Assembly (NCBI RefSeq): GCF_009914755.1
Contig: NC_060925.1
Source of the DNA: the human T2T-CHM13v2.0 reference genome, Homo sapiens
Strand: one strand, 5' to 3'
DNA: 64,000 bases
Shown piece after piece: positions 1 through 14,700 of this stretch. Position 1 is the stretch's first letter; every line of letters starts with the position of its first letter. Under the pieces are notes generated by a model. It was not told the origin of the DNA, searched no databases, and saw only the letters and a list, made by a program, of their open reading frames with translations. The position numbers were made by a program, and so were the translations under genes.

Positions 1-1160
1 CCCATTTTTTAATGGGGTTGTTTTTTGCTTGTTAATTTCTTTATAGATTCTGGATATTAGACCTTTGTCAAATGCATAGTTTGCAAATATTTTCTCCTAT
101 TATGTTGGTTGTCTATTTACTCTGTTGATAGTTTCTTTTGCTATGCAGAAGCTCTTTAGTTTAATTAGGTTCCACTTACCAATTTTTGTTTTGGTTGCAA
201 TTGCTTTTTGTGTCTTTGTCATAAAATCTTTGCCAGGGCCTATGTCCAGAATAGTATTTCCTAGGTTTTCTTCAAGGGTGTTTATAGTTTTAGGTTTTAC
301 ATTGATGTCTTTAATTCATCTTGAGTTGATTTTTATATATGGTGTAAGGAAGGGGTCTAGTTTCAATCTTCTGTATATGGCTAGCCAGTTATCCCAGCAC
401 CATTTATTGAAGATAAATGGTTGAAGATCAGATAGTTGTAGCTGTGTAGCTTTATTTCTGGGCTCTCTATTCTGTTCCTTTGGTCTATGTGTCTATTTTT
501 ACCTGTACCATGTTGTTTTGGTTACTGTAGCCTTATAGTACAGTTTGAAGTCAGATAATATGATTCCTCCAGGTTTCTTCTTTCTGCCTAGGATTGTTTT
601 GGCTATTTGGGCTTTTTTTTTTTTTGTTTTACATGAATTTTAGAATTTTTTTTCTAATTCTGACCCTGGTAGTTTGATAGGAATAGCATTGAATCTGTAA
701 ATTGCTTTGGGCAGTATGGCCATTTTAACAATATTGATTCTTCCTATCCATGAGCATGAAATGTTTTTCCATTTGTTTGTGTCATGTCTGATTTCTTTCA
801 GCAGTGTTTCCTAACTCTCATTGTAGAGGTCTTGCACCTCTGTTTAGCTGTATTTGTAGGTGTTTTTTTGTTTTGCTTTGTTTTGTGTGTGTGTGGCTAT
901 TGTGAATGGGATTTGTGTTCTTGATTTGGCATTCAGCTTGGACATTATTGGTGTATAGAAATGCTACTGATTTTTGTGTACTGATTTTGTATCTAGAAGC
1001 TTTGCTGAAGTTGTTTATCAGATCTAGCTTTTGGGCTGTGACTATGGGATTTTCTAGGTATAAAATTATATCACCTGCAGAGATAGTCTGACCTCCTGTC
1101 TTCCTATTTGGATGCCTTTTATTTCTTTCTCTTGCCTGCTTGCTCTGGTTAGGACTTCCT
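1..1160 (-). mobile_element. Old primate LINE-1 (L1PB/L1MA-like) ORF2 fragment
   Basis: Antisense L1 ORF2 text (e.g. ttgctatgcagaagctctttagtttaattaggt; ggcagtatggccattttaacaatattgattcttcctatccatgagcatg); degenerate and runs off the window start. Confidence 0.9.
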
Positions 1161-1657
1161 CTCTTTATTATGTATTATATTTTCCTTCTTTTCATGCCTG
1201 GTAATTTTTTATGGATACCACACATTGTGAATTTTACCATTTGAATGGCTGGATATATTTTTGTTTCTATAAATAAGAAACAAAAGTTAAGTTACTTGGA
1301 AACAGTTTGGTCCTTCAAATTTTGCTTTTTAAGATATGATGGGTGGCACCAGAGCAGTGTTTAGTTTAGGACCAATTTTACTACACCACTGAGGCAAAAC
1401 CTTTCTGAGTACTCTACCCAGTATCCAATAAATTATGATGTTTTCTACTCTAGCTGTTAGGAACAGGGGTTCTTCCTAACTCGGGGTGATCCTGGGATTA
1501 TTCGCTTTCATTCCTGCAGGGAGGTCCATCCTCTGCCTCAGGTAGTTTCCTCACATACAGGTGCTGATCATAACTCAGCTAAGGATCTGAGGGGAGGCTG
1601 TTCCTGATTGTCAGGGCTCCCCTGCCCCCTTCTCTCTCTAGCTCTTGCCTTGCTAGG

Positions 1658-2630
1658 TGAAGGGGTGGCCTGCCCCTCCACACCTGTGGGTGTTTCTCGT
1701 CTGGTGGGACGAGAGACTGAGAAAAGAAAGAGACACAGAGACAAAGCATAGAGAAAGAAAAGTGGGCCCAGGGGACCGGGCGCTCAGTATACGGAGGACC
1801 CGCGCCGGCACTGGTCTCTGAGTTCCCTCAGTATTTATTGATCATTATCTCTACCATCTCAGAGAGGGGGATGTGGCAGGACAATAGGGTAATAGTGGGG
1901 AGAAGGTCAGCAGGAAAACATGTGACAAATGTCTCTGTGTCATAAACAAGGTTAAGAAAAAGGTGCTGTGCTTTGATGTGCCAATACATAAACATCTTGG
2001 TGCATTAAAGAGCAGTATTGCCACCAGCATGTCTCACCTCCAGCCATAAGGTGGTTTTCTCCTGTCTCAGTAGATGGAACATACAATTGGGTTTTACACC
2101 GAGACATTCCATTGCCCAGGGATGAGCAGGAGACAGATGCCTTCCTCAGAGTTATCTCAACTGCAAAGAGGCCTTCCTCTTTTACTAATCCTCCTCAGCA
2201 CAGACCCTTTACGGGTGTTGGGCTGGGGGATGGTTAGGTCTTTCCCCTCCCATGAGGCCATATCCCAGGCTATCACTTGGGGAGAAACCTTGGACAATAT
2301 GTGGCTTTCCTAGGCAGAGGTCCCTGCGGCCTTCCGCAGTGTATTGTGTCCCTGGGTACTTGAGATTAGAGAGTAGTGATGACTTTTAACAAGCATACTG
2401 CCTTCAAGCACTTGTTTAACAAAGCACATCCTGCATAGCCCTAAATCCATTAAACCTTGAGTTAACACATCACAGGTCTCTGCAAGCACAGGGTTGGGGC
2501 TAGGGTTACAGATTAACAGCATCTCAAGGCAGAAGAATTTTTCTTAGTACACAACAAAATGGAGTCTCTTATGTCTACTTCTTTCTACATAGACACAGTA
2601 ACAGTCTGATCTCTCTTTCTTTTCCCCACA
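1658..2630 (-). mobile_element. HERV-K(HML-2) solo LTR, LTR5B/LTR5A-type, 973 bp
   Basis: Minus strand starts TGTGGGGAAAAGAAAGAGAGATCAGACTGTTAC and ends GGCCACCCCTTCA; perfect 6-bp TSD GCTAGG at 1652-1657 and 2631-2636. Confidence 0.95.
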
Positions 2631-2877
2631 GCTAGGCTAGTAGTCTGTCTTGAAAACTCTAGCTGCCTTGGTCTTTTAGGATCCAGTTCCATTTATTCAA
2701 TCCTGAGAGTCCACTGGACTCTGCCAGTTTCCGCTCCCTGAGTCACAGCCTGGAAACCCTTTGCCGGGAGGAGGCCAGGACAGTCCTAGGGTTCAGCTCA
2801 TTTTGTTTCATCTTGCAAACATCATGGTCCTGCATTGCTTCAGGTTCATGGTCTTGAAAACTATTGTTCTTTTTATA

Positions 2878-3178
2878 TAGCCATTCCTTGGTATTCACGA
2901 GGGATTTGTTCCAAGACCCTTGAAGATGCCAAAATCTGGAGATGCTCAAATCCCTCACGTAAAATGGCAAGATATTTGCATATAACCTATGCACATCCTC
3001 CTGTAGACATGAAAACATCTCTAGATTACTTATAATACCTAATATAATGTAAATGCTATGTAAATGGTTGTTATACTGTATTTTTAAATTGTATTTTTAT
3101 TGTATTTTTTCAAATGTTTTTGATCCATGGTTGGTTGAATCCATGGATGTAGAAGTCAAGTATAAGGAAGGCCAACTA
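2878..3178 (+). mobile_element. MER2 (Tigger family) DNA transposon
   Basis: Matches recalled MER2 consensus (gatgctcaaatccct...tatttgcatataacctatgcacatcctcc...ggttggttgaatccatggatg); TA on both flanks. Confidence 0.85.
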
Positions 3179-4567
3179 TAGCTTGTCAGATTATGTAGTT
3201 GTTTCAGGTTACAGGATAAATCCATCCCTGTAACTCCATTCCCATTGGAAGAGGAAATTTCCACTTTATATTTTTGCTAGCATAATACCATTTTTTCTGG
3301 TATTTTTCAAAATCACAACCTAACATTGTAATTCTAAAGTATTTAGAGTTATACATCTGTTTAAAATTTCAAATTGGATGAACATGCAATCTCCCCACTA
3401 AGACAGGCATTTGCCTTTGTCTGGGTGAGGCTGACCATTGTCTTTTGTGTTTAGCAGTTCCTTATAATCCCTCCATAACCAGCCTGGGTCTCTCTCCACT
3501 TCCAGAAGCCTTGACAGACTGTTTTAGAACTGGAGAGATGAGGAGTGGGGGTGAGATGCTAAGAACACACAGGAGAGGGTATGGCAGGAAGGAGGACAAA
3601 AGGGCAGGAGTTCCTAGGGCCAAGTCCCACCACTCTTCACCCCCAGCCTGACCACCTCCCTCCCCTCCGGGGCACACATCTCTCTGCTCCTCTTTACAGA
3701 GCCTCTTTATTTAACATGTCATGTGGTTCTGGTATCACAGTCACTACTCTTGTTGTGTGGAAGGGCAGAATCTCAGGGGCCCAGGACAGAATAGAAGACT
3801 GTTGGTGAGGCAGGACTTAGTCCCTTAGGGAGTTACCAGGCCAGCCCTGCCCCATGCTGTGGCAATCACAGGAGTGTGTGATACAGAGTGCTTGGAGAAT
3901 AGGACCAGACCACACTTGACAAAATGGTGCCTATGGGGGTGCAACAATAACATGGCATTTTAGGAAGAGGTGGACAGGACAATGAGTTGCTTTGGGGGCT
4001 TTGGTCTTGTACACCATGCCTAGGTTCTGAGAGGGCAACTGTACCTTGCAGAATGACTGCCATCTGCCAGGCACAGTGCTAGGCTTTTTACAACCATTAC
4101 GCCAGTCATTCCTTATGTCAACCTTATGTGGTGTGCATTGTCCTTTTACATTTCACATCTGAAGACAATTAGACTCAAAGGGTTTCAGATAGTTACTCGA
4201 TGGGACTGGCACTCCAGAGTCTGCGAGGGCAGAGAAGTTTGCTGGGAGACTGAGAGAGTGCTCATGGGATATTGTGGTATGGGAGGAGCTGGAGCCCTAT
4301 GTTCTTGGCTGGACAAAGCCCTGTTGTGCTCATTTTGGAGATGGCAGGTGGGACCAATCCCATCACAGCAGCTGCCTCAGCAGGGAGATGCCCTGCAAGG
4401 GTGAGGTGTGGCCTAGGCAAGGTGTAGGAACTGGAAACTGAGGTAGGGCTGGAGGGGGGGAATATAACAAGAGTGAAAACAGTGCTTGAGGGCAAAAATG
4501 TGATGGGGAAAGTAAAAAAAAAGACCTGGAGTCTACACTGAAATTGAGTGGGGGTGAAGAAGTGAAA

Positions 4568-4648
4568 TATTATTTTGGACCATATGAAATTGTTGTTTTG
4601 TAGGTAAAATGGTGGATTATGAACAATTTTATGTGTTCAACCTAATGT
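4568..4648. mobile_element. MADE2-like mariner MITE (~80 bp)
   Basis: Imperfect terminal inverted repeats accatatgaaattg...caattttatgtgttcaacctaat. Confidence 0.65.
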
Positions 4649-5814
4649 AAGCTTACTGTGGGTAAGCACCAAATATTAAGTATAGCCCATGGAATGCAGG
4701 GTGGTCTAAAGGTGAGTGGCACTGGATCTCAGCATTTGGAATGCCTACCTGTCCCCATATGTATCATCAGAAGGCACCTGTTAAAATATACACGTTACCT
4801 AGAAGTAGCAAATATTACCTAGCAACATCCTGGCACAACTGGCTTTATTAAACCAAGTTGTCACTTACTATGACAACAGCTATATAAAGTGACTGAAAAG
4901 AAAATTGGAATTTTGATTGAAAGATCATTTTGACTAGGTAGAGCCTGAGATAGGGGAGCTGCTTGGCAGACTGTGAGCAGCACTTGGCACAAGGTGGGGG
5001 GGTTTTGATAGAAGGCATTGAGAGAGAGGAAGCCGAGGTCTGGACCCAAAAGACTTGCTGACTGGCTGTGCCCATAAGCTTCCCTGCGCTGACTGCTGTC
5101 AGCCAACAATTAGGATTTCCGTGGTGCTCTGGCTCCCTCTTCAGGGAAACTCCTGAAATGCATCGCCATGTCTCAAGAAGATGGAGCTCCAGCGAAGTTT
5201 CAGAGATGGAAGACGGAACGGTAAGGGAACTAGTATTTCTCAAATTCACACTGTGTGTAGGCAGTCTGCTGAAAAGTGGCCACTAATATTGCCATGTATA
5301 GAAGTGTAAACTCAGATAATTTACGTGATTTGTCCAAGGTCATAACTCAATGGTGGTAGAGCTGGGATTCAACTTCAGGTTAGCCTGACTCCAAAAGACA
5401 AAGGTTGACCGTGGGCATCTCCAGGGAAGGGAGCAACTTCTATTGATTTTTGAATCCAGAGCAACTTCCATTGATTTCTGAAGCTCCAGAGTATAGTTGG
5501 GTGCAACAAATGTGAATCCCCAAAGACACAGGGCCCCGCTTAAGACCCCACACGTGGTTTTCCTCCCAGAGTCAAAACCCAGCAAGTTTGTGCCCCTCTA
5601 ACAGCAGTATGAATCTTGGGCCCCAAGGCTGTGTCTGGGGCAGCCCTTCATCTCTAACTTCTGAGTATTCTTGGCAACCACCTGGAACACAGTTTTCCAT
5701 GGTGCAGTGCTTCCTCCTCCACCTGCCCTTTCACATAAGGGATCGCCTTTGACCTTAACACCTGCTCTCTCTGTTTGACAGATGATATTTGATTTTTGAA
5801 GATGGAAGAGCATC

Positions 5815-6290
5815 TATCCATGCATCCATTCATTCATAAAACTGATAAGTATTTGTTGAGTGTCTACGATGTCCAGTCAGTGTTATTGACTCTAGAGATA
5901 CAGCAGTAAACAGAATAGATAAAAGCTGGGATATGTGGGTGGGAGTAGTAGGCAGTAAACAATAACCCTAATAAATATGTAAATTATACAACATGTTAGA
6001 AGGCGGTAACCACTATAGAAATAGAGCTGAATAAGGAATGAGAGTGCAAGTGGCAAGGATAAAGGGTAAGTTGTAATTTAAATGGACTGGTCAGCTCTGC
6101 TTTATTAAGAAGCTTACTTTTGAAAGAAATATAGGGAGGGAGCCAAGCAGATATCTTGGGTAAGAAGATTCCAGGTAGAGGGAAAAGCCAATGCAAATGT
6201 CCTAAGGTGAAATCATTCCTGATCTACACAAGATACAGCAAAGAGGCCAGTGTGGCTGGAAGGGAGTGAGAGAGGAGAGTAATGGGGTTG
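5815..6290 (-). mobile_element. LINE-2 3' fragment
   Basis: cattcattca...aagtatttgttgagtg (L2 3' end in antisense) and gaggccagtgtggctggaagggagtgag. Confidence 0.7.
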
Positions 6291-7005
6291 AGCTACCTCT
6301 ACTGACTGAGTATATATTATATGCTGGGCACCACTAGGCACTTAAACATGCTGATCATGTCAACTCCTCTGGGAGTGTGTTATGGACCAATTTAGAAGTT
6401 GAGAAATAGTGGTTTGGTGAGAGTGGGTAACTCACACATGGCCACAGAGCCAGCAAAGCAGATGTTCTGGCTCCAGAGCCCCGTTCTCTCCTCTGCACCC
6501 CATTGCCTTCATTCGGCCGAGTGGCCCTGCCTGCAGCAGCTGCCATGCTCTGAGCTGGCCTCCTGGTGTCAGTGAGCCCCAGCTCAGTGGCCGAGGAGGG
6601 CCCCAGGAGTCACAGGCTCTCACTGATCCCCACCACACCGAGGCTGCTTCCTTGTACCCCTGGTTTTAGGTCCAGCGTCCTCACCACTCTGAAATCAATT
6701 ACTATTTTTACTTCTCTTTTTTTTTTTGGCATTAAGTAGACTTTTGGTTTTTAAATTATCTGAAAGTAAAAGCACAGAAGTGACATTCTTCTTGAAAGTG
6801 AAAGCAAGTGTGGAACATTTTTAACCATGCTGTTTCCTATCTGTTCTAGTTTCTGTAGGTAGTGGGTTCAGAGTAGCTCAGAGTATAAGGTGTGGGATGT
6901 GTGTGGGGGTGAGGGTTGGCCCAGGTGGACATCAGCATTTGACTCCTTCCTGGTTGCTGTAATTTGGGAGGGACTAACCAGGCTGCTAGATGTGCAGAAG
7001 GGTGG

Positions 7006-7019
7006 GCGCCACCTGCTGG
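7006..7019 (-). promoter_or_regulatory. CTCF core motif (CCAGCAGGTGGCGC)
   Basis: Exact fit to CCASYAGRKGGCRS on the minus strand, in apparently unique DNA. Confidence 0.65.
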
Positions 7020-7744
7020 TTGTGTGCATAAACCGCCTTTTCACCCAGTCAATCTTCATTCTTCTTTACTTGGAAATGGCAAATGAAGCCTTTCTATACG
7101 TGACTCTAGCAAATTAATTATTTCAGTCTTCCCGAAACACTTTATGTATATAATACCTCATGGTAGCATCATGCAAATGTCCCTTTGCCTTTGCTTGTGC
7201 TGGTATACCTTACGAAAAACAATCTGTACATCCAAGATGTCCCCCAACATCACCTACTTCAAAAATCACCTACTTCCAAGATCCATCCCTTACACTCTCC
7301 AAACTCCCCAGTCCTCAGAGACCCTAAGACACCTTGAACTACATCTAATCACCATGTGGCTAATGTGTTTGTCTTCTCCCAGAGGGGGACAGAGAATTAG
7401 CATTAAATTATGGCAGATCCCAGAAGATGTGCACAGGTCCTAGGACACAGCAAGGTGTTCAATAACTGTTGAAAGAAAGAATGCAGGCAACATATAACAA
7501 TAAATAGGAAACAGACTGCATTTCGGTTTGTGGAGATGTGTGACATCTAAATAGAAGAAGAATGTCCTCCTTTGGTGATAGAGTTCCAAAGAGTTATTGC
7601 ACTTATAAACTTTTTATACTAAGTATTGATGCTGGCAACTCAAAAACATCCCTTTTTAAGATTTTTAGGGGCCAAAATTCATACGGACACTCCCAGATGT
7701 TAAGGTTTTGACTTCTAAAAAGAGACGAACTGCCTGTATTTTAG

Positions 7745-8058
<314 letters not shown>

Positions 8059-8419
8059 CATTTTAGGTTTTACTAACTCACTCTTATCCTTTAATCTGGC
8101 CACACAGATACCTTACCAGGTCTTAAGTCACTGTTAAAAAAAATTTTTCCCCAAACGTATCACATATTACCAGGATTGTCTGACTACATGTGTGCCTCCC
8201 ACAAAGGGCTTAGCCTCTGTGTTGGGAAATGGAGATGTGCTAGAAAGCCAGGCTCGAGCATTGTCTATGGCCATCAGTGCTGTGCTAAATAAGGACTTGT
8301 GGAAAGGCGCCCTCTCGTGGGGAATCAGCGAATTAAAAATAAAAGAAGTTACACAACTGTAGCCATAGATACAGATAGATATGACACAAAATCTTCCTAT
8401 TGCTTCCCTACACGCTCTC

Positions 8420-10170
<1,751 letters not shown>

Positions 10171-10174
10171 TGAT

Positions 10175-10378
10175 CAGTTATATGTTATTCAACCAAACAC
10201 TAATCTAGGTTTTGTTGTAAATGTATTTTAAAGATGTGATTAATATTTGTAATCAGTTCACTTTAAGTAAACGAAATTGCTCTATGGATTTCAGACTTGC
10301 CTATCCAGCATCCACAATCCTATAAGCCAGTTCCTTGCAATCACTTTCTCTTTCTTTCCCTCTCCTCCACCCCCTTTC

Positions 10379-10476
<98 letters not shown>

Positions 10477-10715
10477 GTACTGGTTCTGGTATTCTTCTAG
10501 TGCAACTCTGACTGACAGAGATTTTCATACTCAGAGGTAGAGTGTAGAGGAACAGAAAAATGAGTTTTCTGAACTAATTCTGGGTTTTCTGCAATTATCT
10601 AATCTAATTGGATTTAAAGGCACTGATGACTATTTTCAGTGGTAAAGAGGGCACTGGTAGTCCATGGTGTGATGTGGCAACAAAGATATGGCCATTAGAT
10701 ACTCCTTGTCAAATA
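10175..10715 (+). mobile_element. MLT2 LTR followed by the start of ERV-L internal sequence
   Basis: MLT2 motifs (caaacactaatctagg; ggatttcagacttgcc...ccacaatc...agccagttcctt) then an ERVL-like leader (gaggaacagaa...ggtaaagagggcactggtagtccatgg). Confidence 0.7.
10381..10477. repeat. Compound (CA)n(TC)n(CA)n(TC)n(CA)n microsatellite
   Basis: Directly visible. Confidence 0.95.
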
Positions 10716-10722
10716 CCTATTT

Positions 10723-11737
10723 TATTTTATTTTATTATTATTATACTTTAAGTTTTAGGGTACATGTGCACAATGTGCAGGTTAGTTACATATGTATACA
10801 TGTGCCATGCTGGTGCGCTGCACCCACTAACTCATCATCTAGCATTAGGTATATCTCCCAATGCTATCCCTCTCCCCTCCCCCCCCACCACAGTCCCCAG
10901 AGTATGATGTTCCCCTTCCTGTGTCCATGTGTTCTCATTGTTCAATTTCCACCTATGAGTGAGAATATGCGGTGTTTGGTTTTTTGTTCTTGCGATAGTT
11001 TACTGAGAATGATGATTTCCAATTTCATCCATGTCCCTACAAAGGACATGAACTCATCATTTTTTATGGCTGCATAGTATTCCATGGTGTATATGTGCCA
11101 CATTTTCTTAATCCAGTCTATCATTGTTGGACATTTGGGTTGGTTCCAAGTCTTTGCTATTGTGAATAATGCGGTAATAAACATACGTGTGCATGTGTCT
11201 TTATAGCAGCATGATTTATAGTCCTTTGGGTATATACCCAGTAATGGGATGGCTGGGTCAAATGGTATTTCTAGTTCTAGATCCCTGAGGAATCGCCACA
11301 CTGACTTCCACAATGGTTGAACTAGTTTACAGTCCCACCAACAGTGTAAAAGTGTTCCCATTTCTCCACGTCCTCTCCAGCACCTGTTGTTTCCTGACTT
11401 TTTAATGATTTCCATTCTAACTGGTGTGAGGTGGTATCTCATTGTGGTTTTGATTTGCATTTCTCTGATGGCCTGTGATGGTGAGCATTTTTTCATGTGT
11501 TTTTTGGCTGCATAAATGTCTTCTTTTGAGAAGTGTCTGTTCATGTCCTTCACCCACTTTTTGATGGGGTTGTTTGTTTTTTTCTTGTAAATTTGTGTGA
11601 GTTCACTGTAGATTCTGGATATTAGCCCTTTGTCAGTTGAGTAAGTTGTAAAAATTTTCTCCCATTTTGTAGGTTGCCTGTTCATTCTGATGGTAGTTTC
11701 TTTTGCTGTGCAGAAGCTCTTTAGTTTAATTAGATCC
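10723..11737 (-). mobile_element. 5'-truncated L1PA2/L1PA3 (~1 kb, ORF2 C-terminus and 3'UTR)
   Basis: ORF 10942-11685 is the ORF2p C-terminus (...[11 protein letters not shown]); GAG rather than ACA at the Ta diagnostic; 13-bp TSD caaatacctattt at 10710-10722 and 11738-11750. Confidence 0.92.
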
Positions 11738-11750
11738 CAAATACCTATTT

Positions 11751-14700
11751 CTTTTCTTTGGAGAATTTACATAAGATTGGTATTGTTTCTTCCTTAATAG
11801 AGGAGAAGAATTTACCGGTGAAGCTTCTGGGCTTGGCATTTTTTTGCATTTGAAAGTCTTTTTAAGGAAACATTTAAATTATTTTAATATTGAAATTTTA
11901 CATTTCTTCTTAGGTCAGTGTTAGCGAGCTGTTTTTTAAAGAATATCCTTTTCATCGGAATTTTCTATTTTATTGGCATAATGTTGTTCATAATAATGTA
12001 TAATCAGTAGTGATTCCCTCTTTTTCTTCCTGATATCCATAATTTTCACTTTTGCTTTTATTTTCTTGCCCAATTTTATTAATTTTTAATTTTTAACTTT
12101 ACTCATTTTAATCCTTTCTAAAAAAATTTTTGAAAAGAGTAACTTTTGACTTTGTTGATTTTCTCTATTGTGTGCCTGTGTTCTATTTCATTGATTTCCT
12201 CTCTTTATTATTTATTTATTATTTAAAATTTCAGGAAGAGGTTAGTTGGCCATTCTTTTTCCAGTATTTTGAGAAAAAATTTAGATCTTTGCCCACATTT
12301 CTTTTTTCTAATATTTACCTTAAAGTACAAGATTTTCTCTAAGAACTGATTTAGCAGCATTGAAAGTTTTGATGCAGAATATTTTATTATAAGTCAGCCC
12401 AAAATGTTTCCTACTTTGCTATGTGATTTATTTCTTCGACTGATGGGTCATTTAAAAACATGTGGCTTAATTTCCACACATTTGGAGATTTTCTAGTTAT
12501 CTTTCAGTTAGTGAGTCCTGACATAATTTCACAGTGGTCAGAGAACATATGATTTCAGATCTCTGAAAATTTTAAGACATGATTTATGATCCAAGACAGT
12601 TTATTTTGGTCAATGTTCAAAGTACATTTGAAAAGAATGTGTATTCTGATAGTTGATGTTTGCTCTATGTATGCCCATTATGTCAGGTTGATTTATCCTC
12701 CTCAACTTTACTGCTTGTTCTAATTAATTACTGAGAGAGAGACAGATGTTACTATCTTCAATATAATTATGGAGTTCTCTATCTCTCCCTTTAGTTCTGA
12801 CAATTTTTGCTTACTGTAATTTGTTTTCACAAAGTATATTTTCTACCATTTTTAAAATTTGCACCATTCTGTGTCTTTATGTATGACAGGTGTTTCCTAT
12901 AAACAACATAAAATTGATTTAAAAAAATCAAGTCTAATACTCTTTGTCTTTTGATTGTAGTATTTAGACCATTCACATTTAATGTAATTACTGATATAGC
13001 TAGGTTTACGTTTGCCATTTCTACTTTTTCTTTGTTTCATTTCTTTAATAATTTTAGTCTATTTTGGATCAATTTTTAAATTATTTCATTTCTCTTCTGT
13101 TAGCTTTTTAAGTATATTTTTCTTTATTATTATTTTAAGGTATCCTAGAAATTAAAATGTTCTTTACAATTTTTATAGTTCATTTTAAATTAATATTTTT
13201 ACTACTTCTCAAACAATGCAAGAACCTTAACTTTCTTTGCCTTTTGCTATTATTATAAATTTTAGTTTGACATATATTATAAATTCCAATATTTTTTGTT
13301 GTTTTAAACAGTCAGTATTCACTTATAAAATCTCAAATATCTACCTTTTAAAAGTGATTTTTGTAGTTTTCTGCAATTTCATGCTTTTATCTGGGATCAT
13401 TTTCCTTAATCTGAATGAATTCTTGTAGTACAAGTTCACTGAAGGTGAATTATTTCATCTTTTTCATGATGTTGTTTTTCTTTTTCTAAAAATATTATTG
13501 TAAAAATACTTTTGTAAAAATCATCATAAAAATATTATTGTAAAAAAGTAATTTGTTTTTAGAAAGACCTTTTCACAAGACAAAGAATTATCTGTAGTTT
13601 TGCCCTACCACTTTGAATATGCGATTTCATTATATTCTAGATTCTATACATTCTATTTAAAAAGTTAACCACAATTCTTATTGATGCCCTTTTTAAAATA
13701 ATATATATTTTTTCTTTCTGACTCCTTTTGAGATTATTCCTATGCTTTGGCTTTCTATAAATCTCTATAATTTCTTTAGATGTGGCCTTCTCTACATGTA
13801 TCATGCTTAAAGTTGGTTTAAATTTTTGAATCTGTTTGTGTTTCATCAGGTTTTGAAAATTCTTGCACATTAATTCTTCAAAGATTGCCCTGTCTCATTC
13901 TATCCTTTCTCTCTGAACTTTAGTAACATGTATATTAGACTCTTTGAGCATAACCCATTTATCCACTCTGCTCTTTTTTTCCTCCATTTTTTTCCCTCTG
14001 TATGCACAGGTTTGTGTATTTTTTATTGACCTTTCTTCAAGTTCACTTACTCTGTCTTCCACCATACCCAGTCTGTTGTTACCCCGCCAAGAATGTTTCT
14101 GACTCCAGATACTTAATTCTAGAATATATTCACTTGATTTTTTTTATCGATTCTAATGTTGAAATTCTCCTCCTTTTCATTTGTTTTGTCCATCTTTCCT
14201 TCTATTTTAAAAAGACATATTTATCATGGTTATATTAAAGCTCTTTTTAAAACTCCTGCGTCTTCTAACATGGGATTGTCTCCCAGTTGTTGCCTTTTCT
14301 CTTGATGTTTATCACCTTTTCCTGCATTTTTCTGTGACTAATTTTTTTTTTTTTCTTTACTGGCTAGTCTGGATGATGCCTTGTAGAAGCTCTGGGTCAT
14401 GTTTTCCATCTTTGAAGAGCGTTGAGTTTTGTTCTGGCAGGCAGTTAAAGTACCAGAGGATCATCTTGATACTGTTGAGACTTGGCTTTAGGCTTTGTTA
14501 GAGTAGATACCTTTCCTTACTTCCAGGGTGTTGGCTGCTCTTAGGGCATGAGTCAAAATCCTAGCGAATGGTGTTTCTGAGGTCTTAACTAAAAGCTAAA
14601 GATAAACCCTAAGTTTGCTCTGCTCAGACCTGGTATCAACCTCTAATTACTAGCTTCCTAATGCTGTGCAGTCTCTAACAGATCTTCAGCTCTCTAGCAT

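Noticed and set aside
10277-10540. HT/VC-repeat ORFs
   Set aside because: Translations of the microsatellite
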